DNA from: Oculatellaceae cyanobacterium bins.114
Lineage (GTDB): Bacteria > Cyanobacteriota > Cyanobacteriia > Elainellales > Elainellaceae
Direction of reading: 5' to 3'
Assembly: GCA_033764315.1 (NCBI GenBank)
Contig: JANRJA010000234.1
Coordinates: forward strand, 1 to 42,163
DNA length: 42,163 bases
A program made the translations under genes and the position numbers. Below the pieces are notes generated by a model, which worked only from the letters and a program-made list of their open reading frames with translations, ran no database searches and was not told the origin of the DNA. Of this stretch, positions 1-9,351 are shown piece by piece (within the stretch, counting starts at the first letter, position 1; every line of letters starts with the position of its first letter).

Positions 1-314
1 GTTTGAGGAAACCATCGGTTACATCACGAACCTGGAAGGAAATGCAACACAATTCCTCCAGCACATTCAGCAGCATTGGGGAATTGAAAATCGATTGCAT
101 TGGGTTAGAGACGTTTGCTTTGAGGAAGATACGGCTCGTCCGGGGGGCAATGCTCCAGTCATTTGGGCAATCCTCAATTGTTTTCTCATCTCCATTGTCC
201 GCCAGCTTGCCTTCCGCACCATTCCTCAAGGAGTGCGTGCACTCACCAACCAACTCAAACAGGTTTACACGATCCTCACCCAAGGTTTTCCTCCACCTCA
301 ATGAAACCACCCTG
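1..314 (+). mobile_element. Right end of an ISAs1-family insertion sequence (truncated by window edge)
   Basis: Frame +2 reads ...IQQHWGIENRLHWVRDVCFEED..., the ISAs1 transposase C-terminal signature; the element ends ...ACCACCCTG at 314 (CAGGG-type terminal repeat on the reverse strand). Confidence 0.85.
2..304 (+). CDS. ISAs1-family transposase, C-terminal part (5' truncated)
   Basis: Open frame from base 2 to TGA at 302-304 with the HWxIENxLHWVRDVxFxED motif. Confidence 0.88.
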   Translation, partial: FEETIGYITNLEGNATQFLQHIQQHWGIENRLHWVRDVCFEEDTARPGGNAPVIWAILNCFLISIVRQLAFRTIPQGVRALTNQLKQVYTILTQGFPPPQ

Positions 315-340
315 CTTTTCAAGGGGGATTGAGGGGGATC
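315..340. repeat. Right half of a cyanobacterial CCCCCTT..AAGGGGG-type hairpin repeat abutting the IS end
   Basis: CTTTTCAAGGGGGATTGAGGGGGATC resembles the fuller copy at ~37768-37807 (GTCCCCCTTAACAAGGGGGAT...GGGGGATC). Confidence 0.55.
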
Positions 341-385
341 GAGCCAGGTTTTGAACTCTCAACCCGAGATCTGTGTACACGGTAG

Positions 386-680
386 GAGTTCTGAGGGTGA
401 AGTTTGATGCTCGTAACTCGACCATTCAGCTTCAGAGGTCGGTGTTTCGAGTTCTGAAGGGGAAGTTTGATGCTCGCAACTCGACCGTTCAGCTTCAGAG
501 GTCGGTGTTTCGAGTTCTGAAGTGCATCTTTCGAGTTCTGAAGCTGAATGATGGCGATCGCCACTCAAACATTCAAGCTCTGAAGTGCATCTTTCGAGTT
601 CGGAGGTTGAACGATGGCGATCGCTACTCGAACGTTGAGGTTCGGAAGTCCATGTTTCAAGATTTGAGGGCGATCGCTCT
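386..680. repeat. Degenerate tandem array with 21-bp base period (63-bp higher-order unit), core TCGAGTTCTGAAG
   Basis: GAGTTCTGA-like cores at 386, 449, 512, 533, 575, 596, 638 (all offsets multiples of 21); the minus frame reads xTSELEx heptads. Confidence 0.85.
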
Positions 681-685
681 TTCAC

Positions 686-719
686 AGACCTCCGAGGTTT
701 CCCAAAACCTCGGAGGTCT
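686..719. terminator. Hairpin at the 3' end of the TIR-WD40 gene
   Basis: AGACCTCCGAGGTTT-CCCA-AAACCTCGGAGGTCT, perfect 15-bp stem touching the stop codon at 719-721. Confidence 0.7.
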
Positions 720-3700
720 CAATCTGGTGAGTTAGACAAGTAGCCGTCACAGAGGGGGCGATCGCTCTCGTGGGTAATTAAATACACCTTGATCCAATCG
801 CAGCCCATTGTCATCAGGCGATCGAAGTCCCAGACCCAGAGTTTGATGGTGCCGTCGGCACTGGCAGAGGCGATCGTCTTGCCATCGGGACTAAAACTAA
901 CGCTCCAAGTCGTTCCTTTATGCCCTTCCAGGGTGTGCAATAGCTTACCCGTCGCCACTTCCAGTAGCTTAACAGTATTGTCGTAACTGCCTGATGCGAT
1001 CGTCTTGCCATCGGGGTTGAAACTAATGCTAAGCACGGGTGATTGATGCCCTTCGAGGGTGTTTAAGAGCTTACCCGTCTCCACATTCCAGAGTTTGATA
1101 GTGTAGTCAAAACTGCCCGATGCGATGGTTTTTCCATCGGGACTAAAACTGACGCTAGCCACTTCACTCTGACGCCCTTCGAGGGTGTTTAAGAGCTTGC
1201 CTGTTGCTACGTCCCACAGTTTGATAGTGTAGTCAAAACTGCCTGAAGCAATAGTCTTGCCATCCGGGCTGAAACTGATGCTAGTCACTCTATCCTGGTG
1301 TCCTTCGAGAGTGTTTAAGAGCTTGCCCGTTGCTGCGTCCCAGAGTTTGACAGTTTGGTCAATACTACCCGATGCGATCGTCCTACCATCTGGGCTGAAA
1401 CTGATGCCAAGCACCGGTAACTGATGTCCTTCAAGAGTGTTTAAGAGCTTACCTGTCGCCACATCCCACAGCTTAATCATTTGGTCATAGCTGCCCGAAG
1501 CAAGCGTTTTGCCATCTGGACTAAAGCTAATACTAGCCACCAGAGCCTGATGTCCTTCAAGGGTGTTTAAGAGTTTACCCGTCGCTACATCCCATAACTT
1601 GATCGTTTGGTCATCACTGCCCGAAGCAAGCGTTTTGCCATCGGAACTAAAGCTGACCGCATACACCGCATTTTGATGTCCTGACAAAGTATGAAGTGGG
1701 GTGTCTGTTACGCTCCAGAGTTTGATCGTTTTGTCAGAACTGCCCGAAGTGAGCGTTTTGCCATCGGGGCTAAAGCTGATACTAAACACCGGAGCCTGAT
1801 GTCCTTCAAGGGTGTTTAAGAGTTTACCCGTCGCCACGTCCCATAGCTTAATCGTTTGGTCATAACTGCCCGAAGCGATCGTTTTGCCATCGGGGCTAAA
1901 GCGGATGCTCATCACCTGGGCCTGATGTCCTTCAAGGGTGTTTAAGAGTTTACCCGTCGCCACGTCCCATAGCTTGATAGTGTTGTCACCACTGCCAGAA
2001 GCAAGCGTTTTGCTATCGGGACTAAAGCTGATACTAAACACCAGAGCCTGATGTCCTTCGAGGGTGTTTAAGAGTTTACCCGTCGCTACGTCCCATAGCT
2101 TAATCGTTTGGTCATGACTGCCCGATGCAAGTGTTTTGCCATCGGGACTAAAGCTAATGCCCCAAACTCTGTCTTGATGTCCTTCGAGAGTATTTAATAG
2201 CTTACCTGTCGCCACGTCCCATAACTTGATGGTAGTACCATCACTGCCCGATGCAAGTGTTTTGCCATCAGGACTAAAGCTAATGCTCCGAACAATGTTT
2301 TGATGTCCTTCGAGGGTGTTTAAGAGTTTACCCGTCGCCACATCCCATAGCTCGATGGTGTTGTCACCCCTGCCCGAAGCGATGGTCTTGCCATCAGGAC
2401 TGAAACTAATGCTATTCACCGCATTATGTTGTCCTTCGAGGGTGTTTAATAGCTCACCGGTTGCCGCGTCCCACAGTTTGATGGTGTTGTCAAAACTGCC
2501 TGAGGCGATAGTCTTACCATCGGGACTAAAGCTGACACTAGCCACCACATCCTGATGGCCTTGGAGGGTGTTTTTCTCATGGATTCCAGTGATTGCTTGC
2601 TGGAGTGCTGCCATGATGCGCGGCTGTAAATCCTTCCATTCCGCGCTATCTGCCCGAAATTGGTTTTGGAGCGCTTGCCCTGACTGAAGTGCTGTTAGTA
2701 ATGCCCCAAACTTATTGCCAGATAGTGACTGTTCGCTAGAGGCTGCCGTTTGCAATCTCACGTCGGCAACTTTGATTTTCGTTTCGGCTTGCCATGCAAA
2801 CCAGCCAGCAACCCCGGCAACTAGTAAACCAATACTTCCGGCGATCGCCCCTACCATCACCAAGCGTTTCCCTTTCGCTGCCGCCGCTTTTAGAATCTGG
2901 CTGGCTTGCTGATTGGCATCTTCTACCGAACGACTGTTGGCAATGTAGCTCTGCTGCAACTCTGTGGGTTGCGGTTCTTTACCCGCACTCTGCGCCAACC
3001 ACTGTTCCGCATCAGTTAGCTCATCTTCCCGCAACAGCAGGCTTTCCTTACGTCCTTTTTCATCCCAGGCGATCGCCCTTAACAACAAACGAGTATGGGC
3101 ATGAAGATGGTCACTATCCGTATCGAGAATTCGCAGCAGTTCGGTGAAATTGGCGGAAAAGTCACCCCCTCGCTGGTTAAAGTCGAGCCATTGAACTTTT
3201 GCCAGTTCGGGATGCAGAGTGGAGGGGTCGATGGGTTGATGCAGCAGCGTCACGAAGCGTTTGTTGAGACTGGCAGCATACTCCACCTCATCGGCACAGT
3301 AGGGCGAATTAAGCGATCGCGGCGACAACACAAACAAAAACGTATCAGCACTTTCGATACCACGATGGATCTCCTGCTGAAAATCTGCCGTTCCTGCGGC
3401 GATGCTCTCCTGGTCAAACCAGGTGCGTTTGCCTTGAATTTGCAAGGCATCATTTAACCTGCGGGCAAACCCAGAATCGGCACGAGAATAGGAGATGAAC
3501 ACATCCAGCGAAACTCCTGGAGGTTGACGCAAGCTCTCGGCAATCAAGGTGTCTTGTAACGGCAAGGCTGGATAAGCAGGCATCTGTTTGGCTAGCTTCA
3601 ACCAGGCTTCGGCTTGTTGCAAGTTGTAGCCCCGCAGCAACAGCGTTGGGTTATGGTGTTGCCGCTCCCACTTTAACGCTTTCGTCAGCAATAGCTTGTG

Positions 3701-4819
3701 GGTTTCGTGATAGGCAGCATTCTGGCGCAACACCTGCAACAGCTGGCTTTCATCCGCCTGGTAATCCGATTCCTGCACATTATCCGTCAGATCAATGTAC
3801 TGCAATCCCTGGACACCGGGAGGGATCTGTTCGGGTGCGATCGCCTCCACCAACACGGGAATAATCCGCTTGTTGAAGGACAGGGCATACGCCAACTCAT
3901 GCTGGCAATGGGGCGATCGCACACTTGCAGGAGACAACAAATACACAACATTGTCGGCTTCTTCAATGCCGCGATCGATCACCGTCTGAAACTCCGCTCC
4001 AGCATGAATGTCGGTGGTGTTTGTCCAGACGGTAAAGCCTTCCCGCCGCAGGCTATTGCGAATTTGCTCAGCCGCTGCCCAATTCTCCTCGGCATAGGCA
4101 AGAAACACCTCGGTCATCAAGTTATCGGCATTCTTGCGGCTCTCAGTAACAAACTCGCAATGCAGCTCGGTGGGTAGACACGGGGGTTGAGACTCTTTGA
4201 ACCGCACCTTTAGCCACTCTTCTGCCCGGAGTCGTTCTTCGCCGATGAGTAAAAAGGGCGATCGCTTCTGATTCTGCTCCCATTCCAGGGCTTTGGCTAA
4301 CAGCCGCGTGTGTTGATTTACATAATCTTTGTGGCGATCGAAGATGGCTAACAGTCCCTGAAACGAGGCTTCAAAATCGTCAACCCCTTCTCGAAAATAG
4401 ATCCAGTTAATCTTAGAAATAGCCGGGTGGATGTTGGGAAAGATGGAATGTTGTCCCTCTGCCTGGTAAACGTCCCAGGCTTCATCTGTGCCGTTTGGAT
4501 GACGCTGCTGCCAGGTTGCTCGACTGATTTGTTCAACATGCAACAGGGGAATGATGCGTTTGTTGCGTTTGAGGGCAAGTTCAATCTCTAAGCGACAGTA
4601 GGGCGAGTTGACCGATCGGGGTGACAGGATAAACAGGAAGTTATCGGCTTTATCAATGCCGTCATTAATTTGTTTCTGGTAGTCCACTCCTAATGGAATG
4701 TCATCAAAGTCAAACCAAACTGTTAACCCATGATCGACCAGGCGACGATTTAACTGAGCCGCAAAACTTTTGCTATCTTCTCGCCCGTAAGAGATGAACG
4801 CATCCTGAAACGTCTGCAT
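719..4819 (-). CDS. Triple-TIR, single-TM, 14x WD40 protein (alternative start 4852)
   Basis: Three TIR domains (DAFISYGR..SPYCRLE; VFLAY..SPHCQHE; DVFISYSR..SPYCADE), each followed by an H.RLL..A..WE..LLRG..L..AE.WL module; hydrophobic helix LVMVGAIAGSIGLLVAGVAGWFAW; 14 GH...FSPDGK...WD repeats. Confidence 0.92.
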   Translation of the reverse strand: MQTFQDAFISYGREDSKSFAAQLNRRLVDHGLTVWFDFDDIPLGVDYQKQINDGIDKADNFLFILSPRSVNSPYCRLEIELALKRNKRIIPLLHVEQISRATWQQRHPNGTDEAWDVYQAEGQHSIFPNIHPAISKINWIYFREGVDDFEASFQGLLAIFDRHKDYVNQHTRLLAKALEWEQNQKRSPFLLIGEERLRAEEWLKVRFKESQPPCLPTELHCEFVTESRKNADNLMTEVFLAYAEENWAAAEQIRNSLRREGFTVWTNTTDIHAGAEFQTVIDRGIEEADNVVYLLSPASVRSPHCQHELAYALSFNKRIIPVLVEAIAPEQIPPGVQGLQYIDLTDNVQESDYQADESQLLQVLRQNAAYHETHKLLLTKALKWERQHHNPTLLLRGYNLQQAEAWLKLAKQMPAYPALPLQDTLIAESLRQPPGVSLDVFISYSRADSGFARRLNDALQIQGKRTWFDQESIAAGTADFQQEIHRGIESADTFLFVLSPRSLNSPYCADEVEYAASLNKRFVTLLHQPIDPSTLHPELAKVQWLDFNQRGGDFSANFTELLRILDTDSDHLHAHTRLLLRAIAWDEKGRKESLLLREDELTDAEQWLAQSAGKEPQPTELQQSYIANSRSVEDANQQASQILKAAAAKGKRLVMVGAIAGSIGLLVAGVAGWFAWQAETKIKVADVRLQTAASSEQSLSGNKFGALLTALQSGQALQNQFRADSAEWKDLQPRIMAALQQAITGIHEKNTLQGHQDVVASVSFSPDGKTIASGSFDNTIKLWDAATGELLNTLEGQHNAVNSISFSPDGKTIASGRGDNTIELWDVATGKLLNTLEGHQNIVRSISFSPDGKTLASGSDGTTIKLWDVATGKLLNTLEGHQDRVWGISFSPDGKTLASGSHDQTIKLWDVATGKLLNTLEGHQALVFSISFSPDSKTLASGSGDNTIKLWDVATGKLLNTLEGHQAQVMSIRFSPDGKTIASGSYDQTIKLWDVATGKLLNTLEGHQAPVFSISFSPDGKTLTSGSSDKTIKLWSVTDTPLHTLSGHQNAVYAVSFSSDGKTLASGSDDQTIKLWDVATGKLLNTLEGHQALVASISFSPDGKTLASGSYDQMIKLWDVATGKLLNTLEGHQLPVLGISFSPDGRTIASGSIDQTVKLWDAATGKLLNTLEGHQDRVTSISFSPDGKTIASGSFDYTIKLWDVATGKLLNTLEGRQSEVASVSFSPDGKTIASGSFDYTIKLWNVETGKLLNTLEGHQSPVLSISFNPDGKTIASGSYDNTVKLLEVATGKLLHTLEGHKGTTWSVSFSPDGKTIASASADGTIKLWVWDFDRLMTMGCDWIKVYLITHESDRPLCDGYLSNSPD
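835..2575 (-). repeat. Intragenic 126-bp WD40 tandem repeats (14 copies, high nucleotide identity)
   Basis: TGATGTCCTTC.AGGGTGTTTAAGAG.TTACC.GTCGC recurs at ~126-bp spacing. Confidence 0.9.
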
Positions 4820-4928
4820 ATTTCTACAGCTAAAATTATTGATCACCAGCATCGCTGATCATCCGATTTAACTCAACCAAAATCGGCGCAATCAGGAGAC
4901 AACAAATTTAAGATTTGGCAAAGGGGAT

Positions 4929-7055
4929 CTACTCAACGCGATCGCTCGTATCAGGTGATGAAGCCCTAACTAGATGGGTAGTGATTGTGTTAATTATTTG
5001 CAATTCCTCAGGAGTAATCACTCCATCTGCTTGAGCAATTTTTTGGCATTGAGCAATCAGAGAGACAGCAAAATCACGGCTTAACTTCTGCAAAAGCTGC
5101 TCTAGAGCAGGCAAGCCATCAGGATTAGCCTGTATAAGCATCAGGGCATCTGGACTCAGCTTTAGGTTCTTTAACTGTGGCAGCAATTGTTTCAGGGTCT
5201 TCTTAGGATTTCCAGCCAGTACCAGATGAACCAGGATTTGATCCATCACGACTTGTTGATCAAAAATCTTCTGTAAATTTTTCTCATTCTCAGATTGGGA
5301 AGCCTGTGAATTGACCTGAGAACCAGGGTTGAGTTTTGCCTCATAGAATCGACAAGCGGCATATCCCAAGCCATACAACATCGCTGCGTTGCTACTGGCA
5401 CCGATCGCTGCTCCAGCCACGGGAATATTACGGGCAACACCAAGTCCAGCCTTCAACGCCGCATTTCCTCCAAATGCCATGCCAAACACGGCTAGTACTT
5501 CTCCTTTTCGTGCAGGCTCTTTCAAATTTAAGCCATAGGCACTGGCAATCTGATACACCATTTCAGCTTGTAGTGCCATCGTTGCGAGTAAATCTACAGC
5601 AAACATAGCGGCTGCAAATCCAGGCATGACACTACTAGCAAAACCTGAACCAGCGACATAGATTGCTTTCTCAAGCATAATTCGATGGGCAATCTCACTG
5701 GCACTTTCATTGGGATACTTACGTTTCAGGTTTTTAACATGAGTCTCAGCCTTGACCACGTCAACTTTGTCAATCAAAAGCAGGAATTTATCAACCTGTA
5801 GCGTTTTGGTTAATTCCTGTAGGTGGGGGCTATTGGATAGCATGTCAATGACATAACCTACACCATCTGTTGTTTGTAGAGCCGCTCCACCGATCGCCCC
5901 GACGACACCCGTTGCAGTGCTAGCGATCGCTCCCCCCGTGGAGGTAACTGCACCACTGACTGCCCCAGTCACATTGGTAGCTGTTCCTGCGATCGCTCCT
6001 CCTGTGGAAGCAACTGCACAACCAACTGCTCCGGTTACGCTTGAAACAGTGCCCATGACAGAATCCCACAGCGATATAGATTGAGGTTGTTCTAACGTAA
6101 ATTCCTCTGTCCAAGCCGTAAAACTTGAGTTTCTCCGTCGTCCGTACAATTTTACTTGCCTTATCGAGGTTAACTTCAATTCCTTCAAAACCTTGCGAAC
6201 ATAATCGGTAGTTTGTTCTTGATCTGGAGTTTCGTGACTTTGAAGCATAACAAGCAAACAATCTCCTGTTAGCGTGATGGCAGCTACTAAACCTTTAGGT
6301 TGCAACAAATAGTTCATAGCCTTCGAGATCGCTTGAACATCGCCTTTCCGAGCTAGCTCAAGCTGACTAGTTTGAGATTGTGTTGCTACTTCAGTACTGT
6401 TTGTCAGGCTAGCTAAAGATGATTTGACTTCAGATAAGACTTTGAGTGCGTCTTTCTGTAAATCTGTTGTTTTAGAAAGATTAAACTCTTGCTGCCAGTC
6501 GAAAAACTCATCCCCTGGCTCACGGCTGCTAATTTTCAGCTGAGTGCAATCTTGAATGCCTAACTTCTTAATTTGCTCAAGTAAAGTAGAAGAAATTTTA
6601 GCTTGGTCTATAGGTTCGCTCGTTTCCAACAAAACCCTCAAACAACCATTCTTAAAGCTAACTTTGGCAAGGATTGCAGGAGAGCTCAACCACTGATTAA
6701 CAAGGGTGGCGATCGCTTCAATATCCCCTTGTTTTGCAAGCTCTGTTGTATCTAGGATTGATCCCGACTTAAGCTCAACCTCTTCCTCCCATGCTGGAAA
6801 ATCCTCACCCCGTTCGCGCCCATAAACTCTTAATTGAGTTAGGGATTCTACCCCTAGATTCCCGATAACATGATGAACTAACCCAACACACATTACTTGA
6901 TCTGGGACGTCTGCCGACTCCAAAATAATATGCAAGCAATTTGATTTCATGGATGCCTTTGCCACTATCTTGTATGCATGAAAGGCTTCACATAGCAGAT
7001 TTGTAATTGCTTTAGGATCAACTTGTTGAGTTACTTGAGATGAGTTAGGTGTCAT
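4929..7055 (-). CDS. Multidomain protein: three copies of an ~90-aa cyanobacterial domain, G/A/T-rich repeat linker, EcsC-like membrane region, C-terminal TerB-like motif
   Basis: Repeats ELA.QGD..AI..L....CL.V.L.S...PDQ....YGR......AW..EF; EcsC-like DLLATMALQAEMVYQIASAYG...IPVAGAAIGASSN; C-terminal IAQADGVITPEELQII (TerB-like ADG...E). Confidence 0.7.
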   Translation of the reverse strand: MTPNSSQVTQQVDPKAITNLLCEAFHAYKIVAKASMKSNCLHIILESADVPDQVMCVGLVHHVIGNLGVESLTQLRVYGRERGEDFPAWEEEVELKSGSILDTTELAKQGDIEAIATLVNQWLSSPAILAKVSFKNGCLRVLLETSEPIDQAKISSTLLEQIKKLGIQDCTQLKISSREPGDEFFDWQQEFNLSKTTDLQKDALKVLSEVKSSLASLTNSTEVATQSQTSQLELARKGDVQAISKAMNYLLQPKGLVAAITLTGDCLLVMLQSHETPDQEQTTDYVRKVLKELKLTSIRQVKLYGRRRNSSFTAWTEEFTLEQPQSISLWDSVMGTVSSVTGAVGCAVASTGGAIAGTATNVTGAVSGAVTSTGGAIASTATGVVGAIGGAALQTTDGVGYVIDMLSNSPHLQELTKTLQVDKFLLLIDKVDVVKAETHVKNLKRKYPNESASEIAHRIMLEKAIYVAGSGFASSVMPGFAAAMFAVDLLATMALQAEMVYQIASAYGLNLKEPARKGEVLAVFGMAFGGNAALKAGLGVARNIPVAGAAIGASSNAAMLYGLGYAACRFYEAKLNPGSQVNSQASQSENEKNLQKIFDQQVVMDQILVHLVLAGNPKKTLKQLLPQLKNLKLSPDALMLIQANPDGLPALEQLLQKLSRDFAVSLIAQCQKIAQADGVITPEELQIINTITTHLVRASSPDTSDRVE

Positions 7056-7178
7056 TTGAGGAGTGAGAAACTTTTCTTTACTAACGTACCCGCACCCTAC
7101 TTACCTCACCCATTCTTCGTACTCTCGATTGCAGATCAGTAAACCTTATAATGCTTTGATCTCTATTTTCTTTTTCTC

Positions 7179-8954
7179 TCAGGAATTCCCCAACTGGAGG
7201 GCATAGAGGTTGGCATAAACCCCTTGTTTTTCAATCAACTCGGCATGGGTGCCATGCTCTACAATTTCTCCTTGTTGCACGACGAGCACCTGATCGGCCT
7301 GAGTGACAGTGCTGAGACGGTGAGCAATGACAAAACTGGTGCGATCGCTCAACAAACGGTCGATCGCCTCCTGCACCAGAGCTTCGGTGCGGGTGTCGAT
7401 GCTGCTGGTGGCTTCATCCAAAATCAAAATGCGGGGATTCACCAGAACAGCACGGGCAATGCTCATCAACTGCCGTTGACCCTGGCTCAGATTCACTCCT
7501 CGTTCGCCAATCATGGTGGCATAGCCTTGCGGCAGTTGGGTAATGAACTCATGGACGTTGGCGATTTGGGCAGCAGACTCGATCTCTGCTTGAGTGGCTT
7601 GCGGGCGACCAAAGGCGATGTTTTCAGCCACAGTGCCCGTAAACAGAATATTGTCTTGTAGCACCAGCCCAATCTGACGCCGCAGGCTACTTTGAGTGAC
7701 GCTGCGAAGGTCAACGCCATCAATGGTGACACTGCCCTCGCTGACATCATAAAACCGCAGAATCAGGTTAATGATGGTGCTCTTTCCGGCTCCAGTAGGG
7801 CCGACAAGGGCAATCATCTGTCCTGGTTTGGCGTGCAGTGAAACGGCTTTGAGCACGGGCTGATTGGGGTTATAGCCAAAGGTGACGTTTTCAAAGCAGA
7901 CCTCGCCTTGAATGGCGGGCATGGCGATCGCCCCTTCTTCATCCTGTAACTGAGATGGCTCATCTAACAGGCGAAAGATCCGTTCTGCGCCTGCCAGAGC
8001 CGACTGAGCTTGAGTATAAAACTGGCTGAGAATTTGAATCGGGCGAAAGAATAACTGTACATACAGCAAGAACGCAGTCACCGTGCCGACGGTAGCCGCT
8101 CCCGTTATTGCCAGATAGCCACCATAGGCCAGGATTCCCGCTGTTGCTAGTGTGTTGAGAAAATCGATTGAGGGGAGAAAGGCGGCTGTAATAGCAACTG
8201 CTTGGACGTTAGCTCCTCGATTTGCAGCATTTAACTCGACAAATTCTTGAATGTTAAGGGGAACGCGATTAAAGGCTTGTGCCTCTCGCACACTGCCGAT
8301 GTCTTCTTCAATTTTGGTAGACAGGTCGCCGATCGTTTCGCGGGTGACTCGAAACCTCGCCCTCGCCCAGCGAGCAAACAACCCCGTGGTAAAGATCATC
8401 ACGGGCACAATCAAGTTGCTGAGCAAGCCCAGTTGCAAGTTGATCAACAACATGGCGATGATGATGCCCACCAAGCTAAACAGGTTACCCAACATTTGCG
8501 CCACGGTTTGACCAAAGGCTTGATTGATAACGCTGACATCATTCAGCAGACGACTCATCAGATCTCCCGCTTCGCTGCGATCGAAAAAACTGACGGGTAG
8601 ACTCTGTATCTTGATAAAGATATCCTGGCGCAACTGTGCTAGCACTCGCTGCACAATCCATCCGACCCGAATGATTTGTTGTCGAATGGCTTGAATGCCA
8701 CTGACATAAATTAGCGTCAATAAACCCATCATCAGCAGCAACCCTCGCAGATTGCCAGCACTGATGAGATGGTCGATCGACCACCCAATCAAAAACGGCC
8801 CGATCGACTGAGTCGCTGCCCCGATCGCCACCATTGACAGGGCAATCGGAATCTCTTTGCGATAGGGCTGTAGATATCTCAGCAGTCGCCGCAGCGTAGG
8901 GATTTGCTGACTGGCTTTATACTCTGGGGCAACAACGGGTCCAAACCCTCTCAT
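7179..8954 (-). CDS. ABC exporter, fused permease/ATP-binding subunit
   Basis: N-terminal TM domain; Walker A GPTGAGKS, signature LSQGQRQ, Walker B ILILDEAT, H-loop IAHRLST. Start placed at ATG of MRGFGP. Confidence 0.93.
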   Translation of the reverse strand: MRGFGPVVAPEYKASQQIPTLRRLLRYLQPYRKEIPIALSMVAIGAATQSIGPFLIGWSIDHLISAGNLRGLLLMMGLLTLIYVSGIQAIRQQIIRVGWIVQRVLAQLRQDIFIKIQSLPVSFFDRSEAGDLMSRLLNDVSVINQAFGQTVAQMLGNLFSLVGIIIAMLLINLQLGLLSNLIVPVMIFTTGLFARWARARFRVTRETIGDLSTKIEEDIGSVREAQAFNRVPLNIQEFVELNAANRGANVQAVAITAAFLPSIDFLNTLATAGILAYGGYLAITGAATVGTVTAFLLYVQLFFRPIQILSQFYTQAQSALAGAERIFRLLDEPSQLQDEEGAIAMPAIQGEVCFENVTFGYNPNQPVLKAVSLHAKPGQMIALVGPTGAGKSTIINLILRFYDVSEGSVTIDGVDLRSVTQSSLRRQIGLVLQDNILFTGTVAENIAFGRPQATQAEIESAAQIANVHEFITQLPQGYATMIGERGVNLSQGQRQLMSIARAVLVNPRILILDEATSSIDTRTEALVQEAIDRLLSDRTSFVIAHRLSTVTQADQVLVVQQGEIVEHGTHAELIEKQGVYANLYALQLGNS

Positions 8955-9351
8955 GGCGATCGCTCTGCAACACTCCACCCATCGTATTAGACCGGAGGCA
9001 ACTTAGATTTTTCTACGGCAACCGAGGAAAGCTTTCTCTAGAATTGTTAGGCTTCCCTGATGATTTGTTTAAATAACCATTACGATTTGCCCCGTTTTAA
9101 CCCAGTTTGGGAGAAATTTTAAGACATGATTCGTCACATTGAACATTGTTCCTGAAAGGAGTCATTCAGCGATCGCTCACCTGAGAGATCAACTTAAGTT
9201 ATGTCGTGCTCTTTTCGACCCAACCGCACCGATCTGATCACAATGTTTCTTTTAGTTGAGATTGCTGTTAAATCCGTTCGCTAAGCTAAAGGTAAGCCTG
9301 CGCAACAGCGAACTGTGACACCGTGATTGCTCAAGCAACCTTTCCTTCAAA

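Noticed and set aside
386..680. Possible CRISPR array or genuine protein-coding gene
   Set aside because: No unique spacers; open frames on both strands can follow from a stop-free 21-bp unit, and no clear start/RBS supports either.
835..2575. Diversity-generating retroelement acting on the WD40 repeats
   Set aside because: No reverse transcriptase or separate template repeat in the window, and variation is not visibly restricted to adenines.
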